The notes: generated by a model not told the origin, from the letters alone. DNA of 63,720 nucleotides, filler included, from Sanchytrium tribonematis (GCA_018985235.1; 24 parts of 24 records of this genome joined end to end with filler, not necessarily neighbours in it); one strand, 5' to 3'; counted from the first letter of the whole stretch, positions 10,340-22,412 are shown. A program made the numbers and translations.

Positions 10340-11425
10340 ATGATACTTTACGTGCATATTCTTGCATTTGTAAGCAACCCATTTTTAAGACAGACAGCGA
10401 CTAAATTTTTAATCTTTCCAAGGCCCGGCTTTTGCAGGCGTATTTGTGTAAGGAAAGAAATTCACACTTGGAGTAAAGAAGAGGTCATTCGTTTTAGAAA
10501 TGCTATTAATTTGATGTATAATGATGGCCTTTGGAGACAACTTGTGCAAATTCATATTGATGCTAAAACTTATGCTCATTGGAACAGTGTTTTCTTTCCG
10601 TTTCATAGAGCCTTCCTTGCAATTTTGGAACAAACATTACAAACTTATTATGATCCAAATATATGTCTTCCATATTGGGATGTCACGAGAGAGGCGGGGA
10701 ACCCGTTTTCTAGTATAGTGTGGAGCCCAGATTACTTTGGTGGAAACGGAGTTCCTAATTTAAACTATTGTGTACGAACTGGTCCATTCGCTCATTTCAC
10801 GGATAATACTGGAATGTGTATGCAGAGAATGTTGGGTTTAAATGCTCAGATGAATCAGCAACCACCCAACTTTGGTTACTTTGTGGATCGAAATACAATT
10901 GATCAAATTATAGCAAGAAGTCCAAATTATGAGTACTTCAGAGCCATCATAGAATTATTTCCACACCAAATGATTCATGTAGGTATTAGTGGGACAATGA
11001 GAACGATGGGAAGCCCTTTAGATCCTATTTTCTACTTGATTCACGCTTTCTTCGATAAAACGTGGTACGACTTTCAAATCATTAGAGGTGCGAGCCTGCC
11101 ACCATATTCTGGTTCAAGCGTTGATATGAGAATGGTCATGCAGTGGGTCCGGGTAAGTGGTTATGATGCTTTAGATCCTAAAAATCTTTGTGCCACCTAT
11201 GCTAAGTCACCGCCGTCTCAGCAGAGTGTTTCAGTCAGAAATTTTGCGCCAATACCGAACGATTGGTTGGCAATGAACGGAATTTCACCTCAAGATGCTA
11301 GCATGTGGGCCCAGAGATTCCAAGCATTTCTACCCACTCAAATTGCTACAGGTCCTACTATGATGGGATTAGAAGCTTCTGAATTTTCGCCCGTAAAATA
11401 CAATAATTCGACGTCTGGTATCTGA
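10340..11425 (+). CDS. Tyrosinase (type-3 copper protein), probably secreted
   Basis: CuA IH...AHWNSVFFPFHR, LPYWD, CuB PHQMIH...SPLDPIFYLIHAFFD. Confidence 0.93.
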   Translation: MILYVHILAFVSNPFLRQTATKFLIFPRPGFCRRICVRKEIHTWSKEEVIRFRNAINLMYNDGLWRQLVQIHIDAKTYAHWNSVFFPFHRAFLAILEQTLQTYYDPNICLPYWDVTREAGNPFSSIVWSPDYFGGNGVPNLNYCVRTGPFAHFTDNTGMCMQRMLGLNAQMNQQPPNFGYFVDRNTIDQIIARSPNYEYFRAIIELFPHQMIHVGISGTMRTMGSPLDPIFYLIHAFFDKTWYDFQIIRGASLPPYSGSSVDMRMVMQWVRVSGYDALDPKNLCATYAKSPPSQQSVSVRNFAPIPNDWLAMNGISPQDASMWAQRFQAFLPTQIATGPTMMGLEASEFSPVKYNNSTSGI

Positions 11426-11426
11426 T

Positions 11427-12170
11427 TTATTCATAAAATCCGACTATAAAATTAAAAAAAATTTTAGACATTAAGCCAAAATTCGTTACTCTAAGCGCGT
11501 CTTCTAATTGCCATTCTTTATATTTTGCAATCACTACGAAAGCTGAGCCATCAGCGAACAAAAATAAAGCGTCTCTTACAAAAGTGTGGAATTCAAACTC
11601 ATCGTTTAAAAATAAATGCCTCAGTCCTTGATCAGATAAACTTTGGTAAACATGCATTAACAGAATTCCCAGACTGATATTTGAAATATTGAAGTTTGGT
11701 TTCGTTCCATCAAGAAGCAAATAAATGCAGTATCCAGGAAGCAATTCGGTAACCGAAAAAAACATTTGCGAATAAAAATATCGATAAAATCGATCATTTA
11801 GATAATTAAATGTCACCCACCAATTGAAAAAATGGGAAAATAAACTTACACTGCCCAAAATAAACGCAAAAATCTCTAGCTTTCGGTAAAATATGGCCGT
11901 CAGGACTTTCTCCACAAATTTCATCAACAAGAGAATATAAAATAAAGACCAAATAAAAATGTACAATATCGCATCATCTAGATTAAAATATATGCTTCTG
12001 TATTGATACTGTTCATCAAAATAAGTTCCTTTAATCTTTCTATCGAAACAATCACATGAACAATCGCGAGGAATTTTATAAGGGGTATCGGCTTGAATAG
12101 TTTGAACGATAGAGTATAGTCCACATGAAATAATTGCAGAAGTTAAAATAAAGCTCAAAAGAGTCTTCAT
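11427..12170 (-). CDS. Uncharacterised multi-pass membrane protein with luminal CSCDCFD motif
   Basis: Intact ORF with several hydrophobic helices; first ATG at 12170. Confidence 0.7.
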   Translation of the reverse strand: MKTLLSFILTSAIISCGLYSIVQTIQADTPYKIPRDCSCDCFDRKIKGTYFDEQYQYRSIYFNLDDAILYIFIWSLFYILLLMKFVEKVLTAIFYRKLEIFAFILGSVSLFSHFFNWWVTFNYLNDRFYRYFYSQMFFSVTELLPGYCIYLLLDGTKPNFNISNISLGILLMHVYQSLSDQGLRHLFLNDEFEFHTFVRDALFLFADGSAFVVIAKYKEWQLEDALRVTNFGLMSKIFFNFIVGFYE

Positions 12171-12195
12171 CTTGTCAAATGGCAAAGCGTTTTAG

Positions 12196-12204
12196 CTCCT
12201 TGAA
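12196..12204 (+). promoter_or_regulatory. CTCCTTG start-proximal motif (GAL7 copy)
   Basis: CTCCTTGAA directly before ATG; the same 7-mer precedes five other genes. Confidence 0.6.
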
Positions 12205-13221
12205 ATGACCACATCAAAGGTACATCGTCGATACAATCCACTAAAGAAAGAATTTATATTAGTCTCACCACATCGTATGCAGCGGCCATGGCAGGGACAG
12301 ACCGAGAATAGCTCTACAGAACAGATTGTAGATTTCGATGACTCCTGTTACTTATGCCCTGGGAACACGAGGGCAAATGACAAGCAAAATGAAGCATATA
12401 CTTCTACATACACATTTAAAAATGATTTTAGTGCACTTTTGCCAAAGTCCGATTTTGTTAAGTCAGATATGAGTTCTGATTCAGTTTTATTTAAAACTGA
12501 GGAATGTAGTGGCGAGTGTGAGGTAATATGCTTTTCTCCTAACCACTCTAAAAGTATGGGTAGTATGACTCAAACTGAAGTTTTAAAAGTTGTAAAGCAA
12601 TGGTCTAAATCGTATGCAGATAAATCAGAAAAATTCAAGTACTGTCAAATTTTTGAAAACAAAGGCGCTGTCATGGGATGTAGTAATCCGCACCCGCATG
12701 GCCAGATGTGGTGTTCTGATTATTATCCTTCAATGATTGAGATTGAAATTGATGCTCAAAATGAATTTAAAAATGCTAATGGTATCGAGATGCTAATGTG
12801 TTATGGCTTGGACGAAATCAAAGCAAAAGAAAGGCTTATTTTTCAAAATGAAAGTTTTGTTCTTGTAACGCCTTTCTGGGCTTGCTGGCCATATGAGCTA
12901 CTAATATTACCTAAGAAGCAAATGCAAACTCTTAAAGATCTAAACGAATCGGAACAAGAAGACTTGGCGCTTGTTTTATTAATGACCACAAGAATTTATG
13001 ACAATCTCTTTAATATGGTCTTTCCTTACTCAATGGGTCTACATCAAGCGGAAGAAGATGGATTTACTTTTCATATTCATTTTTATCCTCCACTTTTAAA
13101 TGCCACAAGAAAGAAATTTATAGCAGGATTTGAATTATTAGGAGAATGTCAGAGAGATTCTCTTGTTGAAAGTATTGCGGAAGAGCTCAGACAGGTTTTA
13201 TTAAAAATAAATAACAACTGA
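12205..13221 (+). CDS. GAL7: Galactose-1-phosphate uridylyltransferase
   Basis: HRRYNPL, CYLCPGNTR, IFENKGAVMGCSNPHPHGQ (catalytic HPH), FPYSMGLHQ. Confidence 0.98.
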   Translation: MTTSKVHRRYNPLKKEFILVSPHRMQRPWQGQTENSSTEQIVDFDDSCYLCPGNTRANDKQNEAYTSTYTFKNDFSALLPKSDFVKSDMSSDSVLFKTEECSGECEVICFSPNHSKSMGSMTQTEVLKVVKQWSKSYADKSEKFKYCQIFENKGAVMGCSNPHPHGQMWCSDYYPSMIEIEIDAQNEFKNANGIEMLMCYGLDEIKAKERLIFQNESFVLVTPFWACWPYELLILPKKQMQTLKDLNESEQEDLALVLLMTTRIYDNLFNMVFPYSMGLHQAEEDGFTFHIHFYPPLLNATRKKFIAGFELLGECQRDSLVESIAEELRQVLLKINNN

Positions 13222-13249
13222 TTTTACATGGAGACAATTGAGTGAAACA

Positions 13250-13783
13250 ATGGATGATCAACATTTGTGGCAAATTTTTTCTGGTGTCGATTCAGATCGA
13301 AATCAGCACATAACTGCGGAGGAATTACAGCTAGCATTAAAAAATACAGACTATAGCAACTTTAACGCGGAAACATGTCGATTGTTGGTAAATATGTTCG
13401 ACACAGACAAAAGTGGTACAATTACGTTTGAAGAATTTCGGGCATTGTGGAGATATATCTTGGATTGGCAAAAGTGTTTTCAAGGATTTGACAGAGACCG
13501 AAGTGGAACTATCGATGCGAATGAGCTTCGTCAAGCGTTATATACGTTTGGATTCAACATTTCACCTCGGCTCATCAACATTTTGATTTTAAAATTTGAC
13601 CTCAAAGGTAAGACTTCAATAATAATGGAAGGTAATGGCTCCGTTCAATTTAGCGATTTTATACAAATTTGTGTACAAGTCAAAAATTTGACGGATAGCT
13701 TTAGACGATTTGATTCTGACAATGATGGGTGGATAAACATTGACTATGAAACGTTCTTAGAATTGGTCATGGGCAATAAATGA
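13250..13783 (+). CDS. Penta-EF-hand protein ALG-2/PDCD6 (Pef1-like); probable 24-nt intron 13608-13631
   Basis: EF hands DSDRNQHITAEEL, DTDKSGTITFEEF, DRDRSGTIDANEL, DSDNDGWINIDY. Removing gtaag...aag gives the canonical loop FDLKGNGSVQFSDF. Confidence 0.92.
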   Translation: MDDQHLWQIFSGVDSDRNQHITAEELQLALKNTDYSNFNAETCRLLVNMFDTDKSGTITFEEFRALWRYILDWQKCFQGFDRDRSGTIDANELRQALYTFGFNISPRLINILILKFDLKGKTSIIMEGNGSVQFSDFIQICVQVKNLTDSFRRFDSDNDGWINIDYETFLELVMGNK

Positions 13784-13794
13784 TTCCGAAAGGA

Positions 13795-14961
13795 TCAAAA
13801 TTTTATTTTGGAGTATTCTTCCAAATGTGCTCCGCCAAAACTTGCTAAGCACAGCCTTAAATATTTCATTTCATTTACGACATGTTTGAGGGTTTTTGAA
13901 TATTTTTTAACTGTGTCTTCTGTTTCGAATAAATCTTCAAGCATCCATTTTACCAGATCTTGTTGCTCAGTCGATAGATCTTGACAGTCCCAATACACTC
14001 GTTTATGTTCGGGAACTACCATCTCTGTTAAATGTCTATTTGCATTGTCTTTTTTTACAAATTCCGAATAAACTTCAGCCATACGAATTCCTAGAATAGA
14101 GATAGGAAAAGCAAACATGAAGAGCCCAGACAATGCCATTAAACCTGAAATAAACTTTCCTAATATTGAACTGGGAACAACATCACCGTATCCAACAGTT
14201 GACATAGTTTCTAATACAAACCACATTGAGTCAATAATATTTTGGAAGGGAGATTTTTGACCCTTGAAATTTCCGGATGTGTACATCCAAAAATGCCCTT
14301 CGGGTTCCTCGATAGTCATCTCTGCATAATATATGAAAGTAGAAAAAACCAACATGAAGATCATGATTACAAATGCTAACATCGATAAGGCATCTTTAGA
14401 TCTGAGAAAGGCAATCACGAAAATTTGAGATTGCCTTGGTGCTAAGCTGAGTTTAAAAAATCTATAGAGTCTTAATATTCTCGTTAGACGGAGAATTCCA
14501 AGATACGAGGAATTAGTGTAATCGAAAAAAAACTGAATATAAAATGGGAGTAAAGTGATCAAATCTATCATCCATGAAGGACTGGCCATAAATCTTGGTA
14601 ATAAATGATAATTCGGACACGATAGAATTTTTCCAAAATATTCAAGGGAAAATATTACAGCTGCGAGAACATCCAAACTCTGCCAAATAGCTCTTTTCCA
14701 TGGGGAATCCATAAAGTCATACATGGTTTCCATAGCGTAACTAAATAAGTTAACAACGACAAGAATCTGGAAAAACTTGTTCAAGTAACGTGCACTTTGA
14801 TTAGCATATTGATCTGTAAGAGTTCGAAATACAAATTTTCTCCATTGCATAGTCGGAGTATCCCATTGATTGTCTTCAAAGTCCTCGGAAAACCCGTGAT
14901 ATAATTCGACGTTGCTCTTGCTTGGACCTCTGTTAAGCTTGATTTCAGATTCAGCTATCAT
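13795..14961 (-). CDS. Voltage-gated potassium channel (Kv-like, 6TM)
   Basis: S4 LRLTRILRLYRFFKL; pore MSTVGYGDVVP; S6 FAFPISIL. Confidence 0.93.
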   Translation of the reverse strand: MIAESEIKLNRGPSKSNVELYHGFSEDFEDNQWDTPTMQWRKFVFRTLTDQYANQSARYLNKFFQILVVVNLFSYAMETMYDFMDSPWKRAIWQSLDVLAAVIFSLEYFGKILSCPNYHLLPRFMASPSWMIDLITLLPFYIQFFFDYTNSSYLGILRLTRILRLYRFFKLSLAPRQSQIFVIAFLRSKDALSMLAFVIMIFMLVFSTFIYYAEMTIEEPEGHFWMYTSGNFKGQKSPFQNIIDSMWFVLETMSTVGYGDVVPSSILGKFISGLMALSGLFMFAFPISILGIRMAEVYSEFVKKDNANRHLTEMVVPEHKRVYWDCQDLSTEQQDLVKWMLEDLFETEDTVKKYSKTLKHVVNEMKYLRLCLASFGGAHLEEYSKIKF

Positions 14962-15042
14962 TCTTGACCTATATTTCAAAATTAAAGTATTACGCAAAAT
15001 GGTCGATTGTGTGGGATTCTACATTAAAATTTTAAGAAATAA

Positions 15043-15051
15043 CTCCTTGAA
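15043..15051 (+). promoter_or_regulatory. CTCCTTG start-proximal motif (sorting nexin copy)
   Basis: aaCTCCTTGAAaattaATG. Confidence 0.6.
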
Positions 15052-15056
15052 AATTA

Positions 15057-16342
15057 ATGACTGAAAATTTATCGGTTAAAATTACTGATTTTACAAAAAT
15101 TGAATCAGCGCTTAATCCACATGTCGAATACAAAATCGAGTATGGTAGTCATGTATACTGGAAAAGGTACTCAGAATTTGAAAAGCTTGATGCTTACTTG
15201 CGTCAAAAATACGATCATTTGATTCCACCTTTGCCGCCCAAAAAATATCTTGGAAGATTCAACGGAGTGTTTCTGAGAACTAGGCAAATTTTATTAGAAT
15301 GGTACCTAAATGAACTATTAGATCATGAGTCTGTCAAGAACGAGGAAATGATTAATATGTTTTTAAAATCGCAAAACGTTACAATTCCAACTCTGAAGTC
15401 CGCGTCATCCGGCTCGTTGTTGAACTTGTTTAAATCAACCCCAAAATATTTTGAACAGGACGATTTATTGAGGATAATGCCTGGAAAAACGAAAGCCATT
15501 AAAGCAAATTATGAAAATTTGACTTCGCATATGCAAATGGGTGTAGATGCCTTGAGTGATAGTATCAACGCTTTGTGCAAGCTGAAGCATAATATGCAGC
15601 TTTTTGGTAATTCCAATTTACATACCCATCCAAAATTGTCCAAGCGAAGTACCTGTATTGGCTCCATATTTAGTGGTCTCATTGAGATAAACGAATCAAG
15701 AGTAATCTTTATTTTATATAGCTCAATACTGACCAAAGACTTCTCGCTGTACTTCAAATGTCACAGGGACAAATGGATGCAGTTGATGATTTGTTAGATC
15801 ATCGAAAAAGAGATCAGGAAGCATTAGCTACAGCTCTTCAGCCAAAATCAGGCAAAAGTCAGTCCGATATTGAGGAATGTAAATCTCAATTAGAAAGGAT
15901 AGGCGAAAATATAAGGCATGATGTTACCTTGAGCGAAAAAAGAAGAGCTATTCTGATACGAAGAACAATTACCAAAATTTTAAGTGACCAGATCGAATGC
16001 CAAAGACAAGCTGTGCTCCAGTGGGACTCATATTCAACTGATATATCTCGAAAAGGAAGTGCGGCTGTTACTCATTTCACCCAAGAAGCTTTTATTCTTG
16101 GTTCTGAAAGCGAAGACGAAAAAAATACTCCGGAAATGCCAAAGATGCCTTTGACACCAGAAATAGATTTAAGTTCATTTCCACCTATTACTGAGATTCC
16201 GGAACTTTCTCCTCAATTTGTCCCAGCCCCTACAAAAGACGAGATCGGGGAAAGTCCTATAAATCCAAATAGGAAAATAGATTTGGAAGGAATTCCACTC
16301 AGCTCTCCGCCTAGTCCTGAGATTGTCGATAATCCATGGTGA
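15057..16342 (+). CDS. Sorting nexin (PX domain plus coiled/BAR-like region); 20-nt intron 15702-15721
   Basis: PX motifs KRYSEFEKL, IPPLPPKK, FLRTRQILLE. Splicing gtaatctttattttatatag fuses the 15057 and 15758 ORFs in frame. Confidence 0.88.
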
Positions 16343-16435
16343 GAAAGTTAAAACTCTAATAAATTACCCCTTAATGAACGAAGTTTCTCGATCACTTTTC
16401 ACCATTCAGTTAAATGACCTCAAACCGGGAGATTT

Positions 16436-19400
16436 ATGTTTTTCAACTATTTTAATAAAATTGTTTGGACAGGTTATAAAAGACCGCTTGAGATCGATGA
16501 CACGCTTCCCACTCATCAGGAAATTAAAGCAGAGAATGTCCGAGTCAAACTTGAAGAAAGTTTGGAAGATCATATGTTGAAAAAGAAAGAACCGATGGAC
16601 TCTTTAACCAGAAACGATATTATAAAAGCTGTTTTTAAAGCCTATGGAAAAAAATTCTGGATTGCTGGGTTTCTGAAATTTATTAACGATTCAGCCATGT
16701 TATGCACACCGTTGTTGCAAGAGTACATTATTAGGTATATTCAGAACTATCAGAAAGATAAAAATTCTGTAGATTCCTATAGCGGGTACATTTTTGTAGT
16801 AATCTTTTTCTTATTGAATATTATACAGACTTTAGCAGTGAATTACTATTTTATGCTTTCCATGACATGTGGATTGCAGGTAAGAACAGCTTTGACAACC
16901 TTAATATATAAAAAAGTATTGAAGTTGAATCCTTCAGTGTTTAACTCTGGAACTGTTATTAATCTAATTTCAACAGATGTGACAAGAATTGAGTTTGTTG
17001 CAAGCTACTTGCATATGATCTGGTCAGCGCCGTATCAACTTATATTGATTATTGTATTTTTAGTCAGGGCCTTGGGCTGGGTGGCATTAGTTGGCATTGC
17101 TTCAATATTTTTAGTCACTCCATTCCAGTCTATTTTATTTAAAAAACTCGGAGTGTACCGAAAAGCAACACAAAAAGTGACCGATAGCAGAGTGAAGCAA
17201 ACTAATGAAGCCTTGCAATCTATTAAATTAATCAAGTGTTTCGCTTGGGAAAATTTAGTTTTGAAAAATATTCAAGACCTTAGGAAAGCAGAATTGACAA
17301 ACATTTTTAAACTGGCTATACTCACAACTATTACTTTTGGTATTGCACAGGTTATTCCAACCATTGCCTCCATATTGACTTATGTTACTTACTTGGAACT
17401 AGGTAATTCTTTAGAGCCTGCTATTATTTTCTCATCACTTTCGTACTTCAATTTACTCTTCACACCGCTTTTGATGCTTCCATTTTTACTTTCTGGTATC
17501 GTGGATTCTAGGGTCGCAATGACTAGACTTGCCGATCTAGTCAAAACGGGTGAATTGAATTTCCAGCCAAAAATATCAGACGGAAAATCCGACATTGCTG
17601 TAAAGGTTGACAATGCTTCCTTCTCCTGGGATATGGTAGATGAGACACCTAAAGTCATTCTTAAGGAGTTAAACATTAAAATTCGCAAAGGTGGTCTGGC
17701 TGTTATCGTAGGGAGCGTGGGTTCGGGTAAATCGAGTATTCTTCAAGCGATAATTGGTGAAATGAGAAGACTTCATGGAGACGTAGAATTAAATGGCACT
17801 GTTGGGTATGCACCACAAATTGCTTGGATTATGAATGGGTCTTTAAAAGATAATATTCTTTTTGGCTTGCCATTTGATGCTGATAGATATAAGAATGCTG
17901 TCAATTTTTCTTGTCTTAAGCATGACTTAGAAATTCTTCCTGACGGGGACAGAACGGAAATTGGTGAAAAGGGAATCAATTTAAGTGGAGGTCAGAAAGC
18001 GAGAGTGTCGTTGGCCAGAGCTTATTACTTCAATCCAGACATCGTCCTATTAGATGATGTTTTAAGTGCAGTTGACTCACACGTTGCAAAAGCCTTATTC
18101 TTTGACTTGATAAAGAATGGATTTAGCGGAAAGACTATCCTGCTTGTAACACATCAGCTACATGTGGTTCCTAATTGTGATTACGTAATATTTATGGAAG
18201 AAGGGAAAGTTATTTGTCAGGGCGAATATACTCACTTATTGGATACAAATTCTAAATTTAAAGATTACATGATGGACGTTGGAAGAACTGGTGACATGGC
18301 TGATGATAGAGAGGTGGAAGTTGAGACAGAAACTAAAACTACAGATAAACCGAAGCAATTAATGACAACAGAAGAACGGTTCTCAGGCTCAGTCAAATGG
18401 TCTGTGTACTTGTCATACATTTCATCAGGTTTTGGGTTGTTTGTCGGTGCTATATTAATTTTAGTATACATTATCCTGAATGCCGAAAAAATTGGGACAA
18501 ATCTTTGGCTGGCATGGTTTACTCAAGGTCAAATTCAGAAATGGGATATTAGTCAAGACATTTTTATTTTGGTGTTTTGCATTTTGGGAATTTCTCAAGG
18601 ATTCTTTGTTGCGGGTGCTGGAGCTGTTGGTGCATTGGGTGGATTTCGTGCTTCTCAAAAACTGCATGCTAATGCTATTACTAGAGTTTTAAACGCTCCA
18701 ATGTCGTTTTTTGATACTAATCCAATTGGAAGAATTCTCAATAGATTTTCAAAAGATCAAGATTCTATGGATTCGCAATTGCCAACAAGCTTGAGATCCT
18801 TCTTGACAACCTTCTTTACCTGTTTGTTTTCCTTTGCATATATGATTGCAATTACTCCTTTTCTCGCAATCCCAATGGTAGTTTTATTAATTTTTTACTA
18901 TTATGTTCAAAAGTTATATCGATGCACAAGTAGAGAGTTGAAAAGAATTGACGCGATTTCAAAGTCACCGGTTTACGCATTGATGGGTGAAACTATCAAC
19001 GGTCTCTCAACAATTCGCGCTTACCGCGAGCAAGGTCGATTCTCAAAGCTGATGGATGGCTATGTTGATCGTAACAATAGACCTGCTTTCTCGCAACTTG
19101 TTGCTCAAAGATGGCTTTCTCTTAGGCTAGAAACGATTGGTGCTGTTTTAATATTTTTTGCAGCTTTATTTGGAGTTATTGGTAAAGATACCATCCCTGC
19201 TGGTGTTATTGCATTGTCACTTACATATGCACTCAGCACCACGTCATCTCTTAATTGGTGTGTAAGACAGGCTGCAGAACTAGAAGTAACTTTAATTTAT
19301 TTAGGTTTATATGAATTCAGTTGAAAGAATCAATTTTTACGCCGACGAATTACCAACAGAGAAGCCTAAAACGTTAGAAGAAGACCCTGAAAATTGGCCT

Positions 19401-19469
19401 AATAAGGGCGAAGTGGTATTCAAAGGCGTTGTGATGTCATATCGACCAGGGTTGCCTGATGTTCTTAAA
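16436..19469 (+). CDS. ABCC/MRP (Yor1-like) ABC transporter, 3' partial; 19-nt intron 19286-19304
   Basis: Walker A GSVGSGKSS, signature LSGGQKARV, LLDDVLSAVD, SFFDTNPIGRILNRFSKD. Splicing restores ELEVYMNSVERI. True 5' end uncertain. Confidence 0.95.
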
Positions 19470-19569
19470 NNNNNNNNNNNNNNNNNNNNNNNNNNNNNNN
19501 NNNNNNNNNNNNNTTAATTAATTAANNNNNNNNNNNNNNNNNNNNNNNNNNNNNNNNNNNNNNNNNNNN

Positions 19570-20202
19570 AAATACTGCTTTTGGTTTGACCCTTCTATCT
19601 TTCTGAAAACCAAATTCACCTGATTCATTCTGAACTGCATCCATCAAAGTGAAGAGTGTATCATGTTTTAAGCGCACGACTTCTAGACTTTCTGGACTTA
19701 CGACTTCTAGACTTTCTGGACTTTTCGGTTCCAACTTCAAATTCTTAAATGGTCCATGAGGATCATCCAATGCACGCAAGTGCAAATCTTTACGAATTTC
19801 AAATTTTAGTCTTAGGGTATCTTCCGTGATTTTAGCTTTATCCATTTCTTTATATAATTTTCGCAATTGTGGCATCGTTTCTTCGTGAATATTGGGAACT
19901 ATCTTAAATAGACGCATATCTATGTCTTGAGTGATTAATTTGGGATCCATTTGGGTATATAATTCAGCCACATCTAGTATCTTTGCTTGATTTGCGGGAT
20001 CTTCAAGAGATTGTCCTATCAAATTCTCTAGTTTGATGGTTTTTTCACTTTTATCATTAGGTAATTGTTTTAAATTCTCAAATATTGTTGGATCATGACC
20101 TTTGTCAACAACAACTGGTTCTAATGTTTGTAATTGGATTAGGCCCCTCAAAGGACCAGCATCTCTGGCATATAATCCCATGATAAATAATAATAGTCTC
20201 AT
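19570..20202 (-). CDS. Hypothetical secreted protein, 3' partial
   Basis: Short hydrophobic N-terminus MRLLLFIMGLYA; internal 8-aa duplication. Confidence 0.6.
19676..19723. repeat. Perfect 24-bp tandem duplication (SPESLEVV x2)
   Basis: acgacttctagactttctggactt occurs twice in tandem. Confidence 0.95.
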
Positions 20203-20353
20203 GTACACGAGAAAGTTGCTTCAATATCAAATAGATTGACCAGCCAATCAATGACGCTCAATAGACAATCGCAGGTCTACAATACAAATCATGACATCTG
20301 ATATATCTGGCAGTAGGACCATCAAGATTATTAATTTACCAATTTATTAACAT

Positions 20354-20891
20354 TTATTTCAATTCCATGGATAATTGACGTACTTTCTTCAAATCACATC
20401 GATGTTTTTGACGAGTCATACATTCAATCATTTGCTCAATGATCTTATTTCTATACATTTCAGTCTTGTAATAGTACTTGATGGTCATTCCAAATGCATA
20501 AATATCAGTAGAATATCCATTATAAGGATATTTTTGATGTTTAATGATTTCTGGTGCTGCGTATCCATCTGTACCAGTATAATCATATAAATGGGAGCAT
20601 TTAGAATGCATCATTCCCAAATCTAATAATTTATACGTACCATGGCAATTCATGATATTATCTGGTTTAATATCTAAATGGCAAATATATTTAGAATGAA
20701 TAAATGAGAGTGCATTCACTATATCATGAATATATTGATAAATATTTAATTCTCTATGTTTATTAGATGGTTTACATTGTTCTAATATGAGAGAAATGGA
20801 AGATGGGGATCGATACACATTATAAATTTTGACAATAAATGGGGATTGTAATTGGTACAAATATTTGGATTCTTGGATTAATTGATTGTAG
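20354..20891 (-). CDS. Ser/Thr protein kinase, 5' partial
   Basis: HLDIKPDN, KLLDLG, GTDGYAAPE, DIYAFG. Confidence 0.9.
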
Positions 20892-20991
20892 NNNNNNNNN
20901 NNNNNNNNNNNNNNNNNNNNNNNNNNNNNNNNNNNTTAATTAATTAANNNNNNNNNNNNNNNNNNNNNNNNNNNNNNNNNNNNNNNNNNNN

Positions 20992-21464
20992 ATCTAAGGA
21001 ATATATTGGTGCAAATTTTGCAGCCTACGTGATTGTTCCTAATTTCTTGGCTCTTCTAACTTTGGTTTTTGCATTTTTGATGTTTAGCACACTGGCAAGT
21101 TTTCCTGCTGGAAGAAAATTGCTTTTAAAATATCCCAAATTTTTCACTTTTGGCTCATTTTCTAGAGAAGGTCCGACCGAAGAGCAAATCAAAGGAACTT
21201 CATTTTCAGAAACTTTTTATTGTAAAGGTGAAGTTAAAAGTCAGACGAAAGAGATGATCATTAAGGTTTCTGGTCCCGAACCTGGGTAAAATATATTAAT
21301 ATAGTTATGTGACAACACCAATCGCAGCCGTAGCATCATGTGAGTTGCTTCTATCTCAAGAAATCCCTAAAGGAGTTATGACGCCTGCTGCGGCTTTTAC
21401 CGAAAAATACAAGGAGCTCGTTGAGAAAGTGAAGCCAATCAGCATTTCTGTTGTTGCAAAATAA
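20992..21464 (+). CDS. Saccharopine dehydrogenase-like oxidoreductase (SCCPDH-like), 5' partial; 19-nt intron 21286-21304
   Basis: GRKLLLKYPKFFTFGSFSREGPTEEQ. Splicing yields VSGPEPGYVTT and GVMTPAAAF. Confidence 0.9.
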
Positions 21465-21471
21465 AGTAAAG

Positions 21472-21981
21472 CTATTTCAAAAATTTATTCAATTGCATAA
21501 TTGCTTTTTTTCGATGAGATATTTGATTTTTTTCCTCTTGGCTTCTCTCTCCGTATGTCTTGCCATCAACTTCAAAAATGGGATCCCACCCAAAATTTGA
21601 TCCTCTTGGACACACAATTTTACCTCTAGTTTCTCCTTTAAAGATATGTATATCAGTTCCATCATGATAACCAATTGTGCAAACTGCAATTGCTTCACCA
21701 CTTCCAAAATCTTTTAATGCGCTAAGTTTGTCGAGTCCCATTGGTAAAAAATGCTTAATATATGGCCCTGGAAGACCATTCATACCATCAATATATAATC
21801 CCACGTCTTCAACAATACAAGGTGCCTTCAATTGATTAAATGCCTCCTGGCACTTAAAGGTTACTATTTCATCATTTGTCCCTTGAATTTCTTTTAAATC
21901 TAACTTAACAGGTTCAACATTCATCATGTTTATCCATTCTTTTATTTTGTTGCTGTTACCACTGACCAATTTTATTGTCAT
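21472..21981 (-). CDS. HAM1: Inosine triphosphate pyrophosphatase
   Basis: SGNSNKIKE, VEDVGL, GLPGPYIK, FGWDPIF, KNQISHR. Confidence 0.97.
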   Translation of the reverse strand: MTIKLVSGNSNKIKEWINMMNVEPVKLDLKEIQGTNDEIVTFKCQEAFNQLKAPCIVEDVGLYIDGMNGLPGPYIKHFLPMGLDKLSALKDFGSGEAIAVCTIGYHDGTDIHIFKGETRGKIVCPRGSNFGWDPIFEVDGKTYGERSQEEKNQISHRKKAIMQLNKFLK

Positions 21982-21998
21982 AAGGGGCGGAAGCTAAT

Positions 21999-22312
21999 TT
22001 ATTCAATATCTAGGCAACATTTTAATAGTGTTTTATATCCATGAATTTTTATAAGATTTAAAGCAGAATCTTTTTCGTGTTTTAAACTTAATTCTGAACC
22101 ACCCGCAAATTGCAACTGTTGGATACTACCTTCTCTTAAAATAGATTTCACATGTTGCTCAATCTTATCCTGAATAATGGGCTCGGCATCAAAAAAGAGC
22201 TGCAAGACATCAGAAATTATGGTCATTAATCCAGGAGAGTCTTTTTCTCGCACTTCATAAACACTTTGTTATAGTAAACTACCTTTTTTTTAAATGTATT
22301 TTAGCAAATATA
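21999..22312 (-). CDS. Hypothetical protein C-terminus; probable 19-nt intron 22264-22282
   Basis: Removing gtagtttactataacaaag eliminates an in-frame TAA and opens the frame to the contig edge. Confidence 0.55.
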
Positions 22313-22412
22313 NNNNNNNNNNNNNNNNNNNNNNNNNNNNNNNNNNNNNNNNNNNNTTAATTAATTAANNNNNNNNNNNNNNNNNNNNNNNNNNNNNNNN
22401 NNNNNNNNNNNN

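Noticed and set aside
16409..16431. Possible 23-nt first intron extending the ABCC N-terminus
   Set aside because: It gives an open frame, but the donor is GTT rather than GTA, the sequence is GC-richer than the other introns, and no conserved motif is restored
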